Shown here: in pieces, positions 44,702 through 52,995 of the stretch
Layout: each line of letters opens with the position of its first letter
Position numbering within the stretch: the first letter of the stretch is position 1
Origin: an uncultured bacterium
GTDB lineage: Bacteria; Krumholzibacteriota; Krumholzibacteriia; Krumholzibacteriales; Krumholzibacteriaceae
Reading direction: 5' to 3'
DNA: 64,000 bases
Assembly: GCA_963786935.1 (NCBI GenBank)
Contig: CAWBAN010000001.1
Span: 832,001 to 896,000, forward strand
Program-made: the position numbers and the translations under genes
The notes under the pieces: model-generated
The model's database searches: none
The model's input: the letters and a program-made list of their open reading frames with translations, nothing else
What the model was told of the DNA's origin: nothing

Positions 44702-47700
44702 CTACGCCGCGCCCTTTCCGCAACACTTTTTATATTTCTTGCCGCTCCCGCAGGGGCAGGGATCGTTACGTCCCGCGCGCGGCGCAGAGCGAACCGGCTG
44801 CGCCTTCGGGGCGGCGATCGACGGAGCGGCCGCCTGCTGCGAGGCGGGCGCAGCCGTCCCGTCCTGCGGGGCCGGCTGCGGCTGCGCCGCCGCGGCGCTG
44901 TATGTGTTCGCCACCTGATGCACCGCCACGCCTCCTTCGGACCGGCGCCGCGGCCGCCGTTCCTGCTCCGGATCGAAGCGGGCGTGAAAGAGGGCCCAGA
45001 GAATCGAGCGATCGATATCGTCCACCATTTCGGTGAACATCTGGAACGCTTCCTGTTTGTACTCGATCAACGGATCCTTCTGCGCGTACGAGCGCAGGTG
45101 GATTCCCTCGCGTAGATAATCCAGCTCATACAGGTGATCCATCCATTTTTCGTCGATGCTCTGGAGCATGACGTAGCTCAGGAATTTCTGCATGATTTCG
45201 GGCGGGATGAGCGACTTGCGCAGCTCGTACGCCTCGAGCGCCTTCGCCCGGAAATGATCGTAGAGAATCTTCAGATCCGCGGAGCGATCGGTGAACACGT
45301 CGGCGAAATCGAACGACGCGAGGAAGAGGTTTTCGAGCTCCACCGCGGCCGCGTCGAGGTCCCATTCGTCCGGCTGCTCCGATTCGGGCGCATGCTTGTC
45401 CACGATGCTCCCGACGGTGTTCTCGACGAGCTGGACGACGATGTCGTCCAGGTTCGCGGCGTCGAGGATCTGGCTGCGGCGCCCGTAGATCACGCCCCGC
45501 TGCTTGTTCATGACGTCGTCGTACTCGATGAGGCGCTTCCGGATGCCGAAGTTGTACATCTCGACCCGCTTCTGGGCGTTCCCGATGGCGCGCGTGATGA
45601 AGCGGTGCTGGATGTCTTCCCCCTCCTTGACGCCGAGACGGTCCATGACCGCCGAGATGCGCTCCGATCCGAAGAGGCGCATGAGGTCGTCCTCGAGGGA
45701 GATGAAGAAGCGCGACGCGCCCGGATCTCCCTGACGGCCGGCGCGTCCGCGGAGCTGCCGGTCGATCCGCCGCGCCTCGTGACGCTCGGTGCCGATGATA
45801 TGAAGCCCGCACGGGATGTCGGCGAGGCACTCGTCGACATCGCGCTTCTCGTGACCGCACGAGGCGCACTCGTCCGGGGTTTCGCAGAAGATGCAGCATC
45901 GCGCGCACGCCACGATGCCGGGGCTCAGCTTGATGTCGGTGCCGCGCCCCGCCATGTTCGTCGCGATCGTGACGGCGCCCCGCGTGCCCGCCTGGGACAC
46001 GATCTCGGCTTCCTTCTGGTGGTACTTCGCGTTCAGGACGTTGTGCTTGATCCCCTCGCGGGTGAGCATCCTGCTCAGCGTCTCGGAGACCTCGACGGTC
46101 ACCGTGCCCACGAGGATCGGGAGCCCGCGCGCATTGATCCGCTTGATCTCCTCGATGATCGCGTGATATTTCTCGCGCTTCGTCCGGAAGATGACGTCAT
46201 CGTAGTCGATGCGCCGCACCGGCCTGTTCGTGGGCATGACCTCGACGGCGAGCTTGTATATCTTGTGGAACTCTTCCTCTTCCGTCTCGGCGGTTCCCGT
46301 CATGCCGGCGAGCTTCTCGTACATCCTGAAATAATTCTGGAGCGTGATGGTGGCGAGCGTCTGGGTCTCCCCCTCGATCGTGACCCGCTCCTTCGCCTCG
46401 AGCGCCTGATGGAGCCCCTCGCTGAAACGGCGTCCCGGCATGAGACGCCCGGTAAACTCGTCGACGATGAGCACGCGGCCGTCCTGGACGACGTAGTCGA
46501 CGTCCTTCTCGAACAGGGCGTACGCCTTGAGCAGCTGCGAGAAATTATGGATGACCTCGGTCTTTTCCGCGTATTTCCGATAGGCGGCGTCCTTCTTCTT
46601 CGCCCGGTCCTTCGGCGAGAGGGACGCGTCCATATCGATCTCCTTGATCTGGATGCTGAGATCGGGCAGGACGAAGAGCTCCTGATCCTCGGCGGAAAGG
46701 TTGGTGCGCCCCCGTTCCGTCATGTCGATCGTGTTCGCCTTTTCGTCGATGACGAAGTAGAGCTCCTCGTCGAGCTCGGGAAGGCGCTTGTCCCGCATGA
46801 GCTCGTTCTCGACGGAAAGCATGAGCTTCTCGAAGCCCGGTTTCTTGCGGAGCTTCATGAACTTCTTGTTCTTCGGATCCCCCCGGCGCGCGAGCAACAA
46901 ATTGACGCCGATATCGTCCCCTTCGGGCTCTTCGGCGTCCTCCTGGCGCTCTACCTTCGTCATCAGGTCGTTGACCAGCTGCTTCTGATTGCGCACGAGC
47001 AGTTCGACGCGGTTCCGCAGATACGCGTAATTGTCCGCGAGCGCCGATCCGGAAACGGCGCCCGAGATGATGAGCGGGGTCCGCGCCTCGTCGATGAGCA
47101 CGCTGTCGACCTCGTCGACGATCGCGTAATGATGGCCGCGCTGCACCTGGAACTGCTTTCCGGGCTTCATGTTATCGCGGAGATAATCGAATCCGAACTC
47201 GTTGTTTGTCCCGTAGGTGATATCGCTCGCGTAGACCCGCTGGCGGTCCTCCGTCTCCATCTCGTTCTGCAGGAATCCCACGCTCAGGCCGAGAAACCGG
47301 TAGATCTCCCCCATCCACTCGGCGTCGCGCCGGGCCAGGTAATCGTTCACCGTTACGAGGTGCGCGCCCTTCTTCGTGAGCGCGTTCAGATAGAGCGGCA
47401 TCGTCGCCACGAGCGTCTTGCCCTCGCCGGTCGCCATTTCAGCGATCTCGCCCCGGTGCAGAACGATCGCGCCCGCGATCTGGCAATCGAAGGGGATCAT
47501 GTCCCAGGTGATCGGATGGCCGACGATGTCCCACGTGCGTCCGACGAGCCTCCGGCAGGCGTCGCAGACGAGGCCGTACGCCTCGGGAAGCAGCTGATCG
47601 GGCGTCTCGCCGGCACGGATCCTCGCAACGAACTCCTCGGTCTTCTTCGGAATATCCGCGTCGTCGAGCCCGCGGTATTTTTCCGCCCAGCCCCTGACCG

Positions 47701-47776
47701 TCCCGATCTCATCGGCGACGCGGCTCATGAGCCGCGTCTTCCGGTCACCGAACAATTTCTGCATCAGACCCTTCAT
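44702..47776 (-). CDS. secA: Preprotein translocase ATPase SecA
   Basis: MATGEGKT, VDEVDS, NMAGRGTDI, QLRGRAGRQGDPG, SEC-C RNDPCPCGSGKKYKKCCG. Start at MKGLMQ. Confidence 0.97.
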   Translation of the reverse strand: MKGLMQKLFGDRKTRLMSRVADEIGTVRGWAEKYRGLDDADIPKKTEEFVARIRAGETPDQLLPEAYGLVCDACRRLVGRTWDIVGHPITWDMIPFDCQIAGAIVLHRGEIAEMATGEGKTLVATMPLYLNALTKKGAHLVTVNDYLARRDAEWMGEIYRFLGLSVGFLQNEMETEDRQRVYASDITYGTNNEFGFDYLRDNMKPGKQFQVQRGHHYAIVDEVDSVLIDEARTPLIISGAVSGSALADNYAYLRNRVELLVRNQKQLVNDLMTKVERQEDAEEPEGDDIGVNLLLARRGDPKNKKFMKLRKKPGFEKLMLSVENELMRDKRLPELDEELYFVIDEKANTIDMTERGRTNLSAEDQELFVLPDLSIQIKEIDMDASLSPKDRAKKKDAAYRKYAEKTEVIHNFSQLLKAYALFEKDVDYVVQDGRVLIVDEFTGRLMPGRRFSEGLHQALEAKERVTIEGETQTLATITLQNYFRMYEKLAGMTGTAETEEEEFHKIYKLAVEVMPTNRPVRRIDYDDVIFRTKREKYHAIIEEIKRINARGLPILVGTVTVEVSETLSRMLTREGIKHNVLNAKYHQKEAEIVSQAGTRGAVTIATNMAGRGTDIKLSPGIVACARCCIFCETPDECASCGHEKRDVDECLADIPCGLHIIGTERHEARRIDRQLRGRAGRQGDPGASRFFISLEDDLMRLFGSERISAVMDRLGVKEGEDIQHRFITRAIGNAQKRVEMYNFGIRKRLIEYDDVMNKQRGVIYGRRSQILDAANLDDIVVQLVENTVGSIVDKHAPESEQPDEWDLDAAAVELENLFLASFDFADVFTDRSADLKILYDHFRAKALEAYELRKSLIPPEIMQKFLSYVMLQSIDEKWMDHLYELDYLREGIHLRSYAQKDPLIEYKQEAFQMFTEMVDDIDRSILWALFHARFDPEQERRPRRRSEGGVAVHQVANTYSAAAAQPQPAPQDGTAAPASQQAAAPSIAAPKAQPVRSAPRAGRNDPCPCGSGKKYKKCCGKGAA

Positions 47777-47803
47777 GAAACGCGAAACCTCCTGTTCGCC
47801 CGC

Positions 47804-47832
47804 AAGATAACAAATCGCGCCGGCGATGGCAA
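47804..47832 (-). promoter_or_regulatory. sigma70 promoter for secA
   Basis: TTGCCA-N17-TATCTT with TGn. Confidence 0.7.
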
Positions 47833-47898
47833 GGCGCCCGGCGCCCCGCCCCCGCCGGCCGAAGACACCGATCGCGCCCGGCCGCTCCCCCGTTTCCC

Positions 47899-49803
47899 TC
47901 AGGACGCGGCCGTCGCGGAGAGCCTGATCGCGTGAAATATGCCGCCGTTCGAACCGAAAAAGAGGTGTTTCCCGTCGGTCTCGGGAGATGAGTAAATCGC
48001 CGATCCGGCGCGGTACGAACCGGCCAGCTCGCCGCTCGCTGCATCGACGGCGACGAGCTCGGCCGCGTACGTCGTGACGAACACGGATGATCCCGCGACG
48101 AGCGGCTTCGAATGCACGACGCCTCCGACGCCCCTCTTCCATCGCGGCGCTCCCTCGAACGTGAGCGCGTAGAGCGTCCCGCTCCGCGAGCCGATATAGA
48201 TCGCGTCCTCGCCGAACGAGGCGGAGCCGTCGATCGCCGCGTCCGCGGTGAATTTCCACACGCGCGCGCCGCTCGCGAGCGAGAATGCGTGCACGCCCCG
48301 GTCCTTGGCGCCGCAGACGACGAGATCGCGCTTTTCTCCGCAGGCCGGGCTCGAGGCGACGCCGGCGCCGATCTTCGCCTTCCAGACGGCCGTTCCCCGG
48401 CGATCGATCCGGTAGAGCGCGCCGTCCGTCGTGACCGCGAGCACCCAGTCCTTGCCGGCGGTCAGGTTGCCCCTGATCGACGCCCCGAGCTTCTTCTCCC
48501 AGACTTTCCGTGCGTCCGCGAGTCGCACGGCGAAGAGCCTCCCGTCCGTCGTCGCCGCGTAAACCAGCTCTCCGTCGCAATCGGGCGAGCTGACGATCTT
48601 CGAGCGCGTCGAAAACGTCCAGAGCGCCTTTCCCGTATTCGCGTCGAGACAGAAGACGGTGCCTCGATAATCCGCGCCGATCACCCGGTTCTCCGCGCAG
48701 CAGGGCGATGCGCCGATGCCGGCCCGGGCCCGGTATTTCCAGGCGAGCTCGCCGTCCGGCGTGAAGGCGTACAGATTCCCGTCCCTGCAGCCGAAATAGA
48801 CCTTTCCCCGATAGTAGCGCGCGGAAGACGTCACCGCGTCGCTGAACGATCGTTTCCACGCCTCGCTCAAATCGATCATCTCCCGGCGGTCCGCCTCGCG
48901 GGGCGCCGCCGGCGATACCTTGCCGGCGCCCGTCGCGGCCGAATCCCGTCGCGCCTGATCCGCCGCGGCGAGCAGCGCGCTCGAATCATCCGGCGCGCGC
49001 CCGCGGCTTCGATTCATGACGGCTCCGCCGATGAAAGCCGCGAGAACGATCGCCCCCGCGATCGAGCCGGCGATGAGCGGGGGATTGACGCGCAGGCGGG
49101 CCCGGATCGGGCGCTTTCGCTCCGGCGCCGGCTCATCGACCGCGACGCTGCTCCAGTGGAGGGCGGGAATGGAGCGGGAAACCGCGATCTCGATGCCCGT
49201 GTCGCGGGGAAACTCGAACGAGGGGAAGAAGACGCTGTTTCGGAGCGATTCGTCGTGCCGCGCGACGAACTCGTCGGAAGGTGCAAGGATGACCGTATGC
49301 TCTCCGTCCCCGATCGTGAACCGGTACAGCGCGAGCATATCCTCCGGCGAGCGCCGGAACAGGTCGCGCTGATCGTCGCCGCCGCCGAGGGGGACCTCGC
49401 AGAAACCCTTCAGCGAGCGCGCCGAATCACGTCGGCCTGTCCGCACGTCGCAGTGAACGAGCGCGGCGTCCCGGTTGCAGAGCAGGTGCACCTCGTTGCC
49501 CCGGCGTATCACGATCATGAGGAGAACATCATCGAGGATATGCCCCTCTCCGCCCTCCCCGGCGGCACGTTCCGTGAACTGCTCGAAAACGCGGGTGAAG
49601 TAATGCGCGGGCGCGCCGAGTCGCGACGCCGAGACGGCTTCCCTGAACAAGCCCCTGAGTGCCGGTTCCTGCTCGGGCCGCCCCGGCGAAAAGAAGAGGA
49701 AGAACTCCTCCCCGCCGTCCCTGCCCGGAATCTCCTGATAGACGAGGGCATCCTTGGAGCCGCGGGCTCCAAAGCATACGAAGGAAGTGCGCTTCATCTC
49801 CAT
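47899..49803 (-). CDS. Membrane protein: cytoplasmic N-domain, TM helix, PQQ-like (BamB-type) beta-propeller
   Basis: TM IAGSIAGAIVLAAFIGGAVM; repeats VYFGCRDGNLYAF...WKY, SSP. Confidence 0.8.
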   Translation of the reverse strand: MEMKRTSFVCFGARGSKDALVYQEIPGRDGGEEFFLFFSPGRPEQEPALRGLFREAVSASRLGAPAHYFTRVFEQFTERAAGEGGEGHILDDVLLMIVIRRGNEVHLLCNRDAALVHCDVRTGRRDSARSLKGFCEVPLGGGDDQRDLFRRSPEDMLALYRFTIGDGEHTVILAPSDEFVARHDESLRNSVFFPSFEFPRDTGIEIAVSRSIPALHWSSVAVDEPAPERKRPIRARLRVNPPLIAGSIAGAIVLAAFIGGAVMNRSRGRAPDDSSALLAAADQARRDSAATGAGKVSPAAPREADRREMIDLSEAWKRSFSDAVTSSARYYRGKVYFGCRDGNLYAFTPDGELAWKYRARAGIGASPCCAENRVIGADYRGTVFCLDANTGKALWTFSTRSKIVSSPDCDGELVYAATTDGRLFAVRLADARKVWEKKLGASIRGNLTAGKDWVLAVTTDGALYRIDRRGTAVWKAKIGAGVASSPACGEKRDLVVCGAKDRGVHAFSLASGARVWKFTADAAIDGSASFGEDAIYIGSRSGTLYALTFEGAPRWKRGVGGVVHSKPLVAGSSVFVTTYAAELVAVDAASGELAGSYRAGSAIYSSPETDGKHLFFGSNGGIFHAIRLSATAAS

Positions 49804-49817
49804 CACCCCGGAGCCCG

Positions 49818-49846
49818 AGGGTAGAGGGGGCGCAATAAAATTGCAA
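49818..49846 (-). promoter_or_regulatory. sigma70 promoter for the PQQ-repeat gene, with overlapping palindrome
   Basis: TTGCAA-N17-TACCCT; GCAAT-AAA-ATTGC inverted repeat at 49832-49844. Confidence 0.5.
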
Positions 49847-49880
49847 TAGATATCGATGGGGACGCGACGGAGCGCTTCGA

Positions 49881-50573
49881 TCAACCGATGCGCGACACGA
49901 TTCCCTTGAAGCCCGTCACGATCTTGTCGATCGGGCCGACCTCTTTCTTCTCATCCGCGCTCTCGCCGCTGATCTCGAGATATTTCTTCGCGACCGGGTT
50001 TTCCGAATCCCATTTGAGGGCTTCCCTGAAATGCCGGATCGCGATCTTCTTGAGACCCGCCTTGAAGTAGACGAATCCGAGATTCGCGTGATAATCGGCG
50101 TTGTAGAACTCCATCTCGATGGCCTTGAGACATTCGTCGCGCGCTTCGTGCAGCCGCGTGTTGAGCATCCCGAGACAGAAACCGTACCAGCTGTGGTACG
50201 CCGGATTGAGCGGATCGTACTTGACCGCGGCCTTGAAGAGGAGCGCGGCCTTGTCGAACCGTCCGCTCCGCATCGCTTCCTTCGCCTGCGTGAACGAGAG
50301 CATCGCCGATCGGCGGTCCTTCTCCTGGATGGCGATCGCGTCCTTGGCCCCGCCTCTGCTCTGCCGCATCGACTCGTCGTACGTCGCGCGCTTTCCGGAA
50401 TCGCTCAGAATCCCGTACGCCTCGTTGATCACCTTGAACCGCTCGCGGTTCTCGGGCGTATCCCCCGCCGCGTCGGGATGGTACAGTTTGGCGAGACGGA
50501 AGTAGTTCTTCTTGATCTCCTCGACCGACGCGGTCGGCCACACTTCAAGGATCGAATAGTAATCAACGCTCAC
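49881..50573 (-). CDS. J-domain + TPR protein
   Basis: DYYSILEV...LAKLYHPD...INEAYGILSD followed by TPRs. Confidence 0.9.
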   Translation of the reverse strand: MSVDYYSILEVWPTASVEEIKKNYFRLAKLYHPDAAGDTPENRERFKVINEAYGILSDSGKRATYDESMRQSRGGAKDAIAIQEKDRRSAMLSFTQAKEAMRSGRFDKAALLFKAAVKYDPLNPAYHSWYGFCLGMLNTRLHEARDECLKAIEMEFYNADYHANLGFVYFKAGLKKIAIRHFREALKWDSENPVAKKYLEISGESADEKKEVGPIDKIVTGFKGIVSRIG

Positions 50574-50585
50574 GTCAGTACACCC

Positions 50586-51521
50586 CTATTTCTCGATCGG
50601 CTGCAGCTCGCGGAAGAGGTTGACGGCGAGTTCGTTCTCGGGATCGAGCTCGAGCACGAGCTCAAGGTTGCGTACCGCTTCATCCCGTGCGCCTTTTTCG
50701 TAGAGCGCGAGCGCGAGGTTGAGCCGCGCCTTCAAATAATCGGGATTGATCTTCAGCGCCGTTTCGAACTCCATGACCGCGTCGTCCGTCATGCCCCGGT
50801 TGGCGTACGCGATACCGAGGAGATTATGAATGTCGGGATAATGCGGCGTGATCGCGAGCGATCGCTTGAGCTCGGCGATCGCGGCGTCGCATTCGCCGTT
50901 CTGGATGGCCTCGAGCGCGATCTGCTTGCTCACCTGGGCCGAAGTCGGCTTTTCCTCGAGCAGCGCGCGGAACACCGGTGAGCGCTCCTCGGCGGGCGCG
51001 TTGTTCCGGATGAGCCGGGCAAGATCGTTCACCTGATCGGCGAAGAACGACGGCGCGCTCGAAAGGCTCTTGTTGAGCTCTTCGATGGCGCGCTCGTTCT
51101 CGCCCGCGTCGCTGAAACTCTTCGCGAGGAGGAACCGGGCTCTCAGGTAGCCCGGATTGATGGCGAGCGCGCGGCCGAAGCTGTCCCGGGCTTCGCCGGT
51201 GCGGCCCATATCCGCGTAGACACGGCCGAGGGTCATATGCACGTCCGCGTAGCGCGGCTGCAGAATGATCGCCTTTTCGAGCGCGGCGGCCGCATCGGCC
51301 GGAACCCCCTCCCGGCATGCGGTTTTCGCGTACTCGATATACGACTCGACCATGTACATGCGGATCATTTCCTGATCCTGGCTTTTCCCCTCGACCGCTA
51401 TCTTCGAGAGATACATCTCGAATTCGCGGCACGCTTTCTTGTAGTCGCCGTTGTTGAAATGGGTCAGCGCTTTCTTCAAGGCGCTCCGCGGAACGAATCG
51501 AAAGAAGCGTTCGGAAAACAT
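50586..51521 (-). CDS. Tetratricopeptide repeat protein
   Basis: Repeated PRYADVHMTLG / PHYPDIHNLLG / ALKINPDY TPR units. No signal peptide. Confidence 0.85.
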   Translation of the reverse strand: MFSERFFRFVPRSALKKALTHFNNGDYKKACREFEMYLSKIAVEGKSQDQEMIRMYMVESYIEYAKTACREGVPADAAAALEKAIILQPRYADVHMTLGRVYADMGRTGEARDSFGRALAINPGYLRARFLLAKSFSDAGENERAIEELNKSLSSAPSFFADQVNDLARLIRNNAPAEERSPVFRALLEEKPTSAQVSKQIALEAIQNGECDAAIAELKRSLAITPHYPDIHNLLGIAYANRGMTDDAVMEFETALKINPDYLKARLNLALALYEKGARDEAVRNLELVLELDPENELAVNLFRELQPIEK

Positions 51522-51586
51522 CTCCGTCGACCTGCCTTGCACATTGCACATGTTTGCTGTATCCGGAATAACCGTATGAATCCATG

Positions 51587-51602
51587 AGCAATAAGCGCGC
51601 CA
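51587..51602 (-). promoter_or_regulatory. sigma54 -24/-12 promoter for the TPR / J-TPR genes
   Basis: TGGCGCG-CTTA-TTGCT, one mismatch to consensus, intergenic. Confidence 0.75.
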
Positions 51603-51612
51603 ACCGACTCGG

Positions 51613-52995
51613 TCACGGAGAAACGGGCGGAAGTGGCGCGGAATCGCGCGGAACGAGCATGCGGCTCTCGCGTTCCACGGCGAGGAAATCGCGGGATGAA
51701 TAGGTCGGGGAAGCCGATAGGACGAGCTTCAATTTGCAATTTGCGAGGGAGGCGGCGATCGGGCAATCGACCTCGAGGCGCTTCGAGAATCGGCCCGGCG
51801 GAAGCATGTACGAGGGGATGATCGTGAACCGATCGTTCCCGTCCTCATCCTTCAGCACGAGGGAAATCGCCGAGCACTCGGTGAGCAGGAACGAGATGTC
51901 GATGCCGCACCGCCGCTTGACGGGGTCGATGACGAGATTATCGGCGGAGAACCTGAAGACGTCGGCGCCGATCCAGAAGTACTGGGCGCCCGCCCGTTCC
52001 GAGACGAAGAGCTGCCCGAAGCGCCGGTTGATCGTGATCCCCCGAGGCTCGTCGAAGCTCGGTCCGCCGCCCGATTCGCCGTTCCCGATCGCGACGAGAT
52101 ACGTGAGGTGCCGGTCGAATTTGTGGATCAGATTCGCCCTCCGGTCGGTGACGTACACGTTGCCGTAATAGTCGATCGCGATATGATCGAAGGTTCCCGC
52201 TCCCCCGATCGCGCTGCGGCGCACGAGGCGCAGCGCCTTTCCCCGCGGCGAAAGCATCCAGAGCCGCCCCCCGAGGCTGTCGGAAACGACCATGAACCGA
52301 TCTCCGTAATACAGGTACGCGTCGTCTTCCGTCACGGCGGCGATGGCGAAGGGGCGGAACAGAGAGGCCCCGCCCAGCTCGGCGCCGAACGTCTCTCTGA
52401 GCGCGCCGGCGGCATCGAACACGACGATGCGGTCGTTCTCGGTGTCGGCCACGTAGAGCTTCCCCCCGCTCAGGCAGATCCCCGAGGGGCTCCGCAGTCC
52501 CCGAGGATCGCGGCTTCGTATCTCCTTGATCCAGACGAGATCGTCGTCGACGTAGCGGAGATGCCCGATACGATCGTTCCCCGTATCGGCCACGTAGAGA
52601 TTCCCCTCGGTATCCCCGGTGAGGGCGCGGGGATCCATGAACCGGAGCGGGCCCGATCCCGGCGCGCCGACGATACCGATCGAGACGAGGCTCTTGTTGA
52701 AGATGATGTCCCCGGCGCCGCTGTTGACCCCGTAGACGGTGAGCTCGTCGTCGTCGCGGCGCGTGTCGGGCCGGTCCTTCGACGCGAGTTTCACGCAGAA
52801 AAGGCCTTCGGGCTCGATGAACTTCTCGCGGTACCCCGAATAGACGTCGAGATGGAACTGCGTCACCTTGTGGAGCCCGAGGCAATGCGTCCAGGGGGGC
52901 GTCACGAGCGTCGTGCCGTCGTGAACGGCTCCGATCGAGAGGGACGCGAGCACGAGCGCCGCACCGAGGATCAAGAGCAGGATCCGCAGCCTCAT
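51613..52995 (-). CDS. Secreted NHL-repeat beta-propeller protein
   Basis: Signal peptide; LYVADTGNDRI, LYVADTENDRI, FDEPRGI repeats. Confidence 0.8.
   Translation of the reverse strand: MRLRILLLILGAALVLASLSIGAVHDGTTLVTPPWTHCLGLHKVTQFHLDVYSGYREKFIEPEGLFCVKLASKDRPDTRRDDDELTVYGVNSGAGDIIFNKSLVSIGIVGAPGSGPLRFMDPRALTGDTEGNLYVADTGNDRIGHLRYVDDDLVWIKEIRSRDPRGLRSPSGICLSGGKLYVADTENDRIVVFDAAGALRETFGAELGGASLFRPFAIAAVTEDDAYLYYGDRFMVVSDSLGGRLWMLSPRGKALRLVRRSAIGGAGTFDHIAIDYYGNVYVTDRRANLIHKFDRHLTYLVAIGNGESGGGPSFDEPRGITINRRFGQLFVSERAGAQYFWIGADVFRFSADNLVIDPVKRRCGIDISFLLTECSAISLVLKDEDGNDRFTIIPSYMLPPGRFSKRLEVDCPIAASLANCKLKLVLSASPTYSSRDFLAVERESRMLVPRDSAPLPPVSP

Noticed and set aside
47777..48859. Long N-terminal extensions in the ORF track for secA (and der, miaA, miaB, Omp85, gpsA, the Ig lipoprotein)
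   Set aside because: The extensions are Arg/Gly-rich off-frame reads of the upstream gene. Downstream starts with SD, promoter or coupling support fit better.
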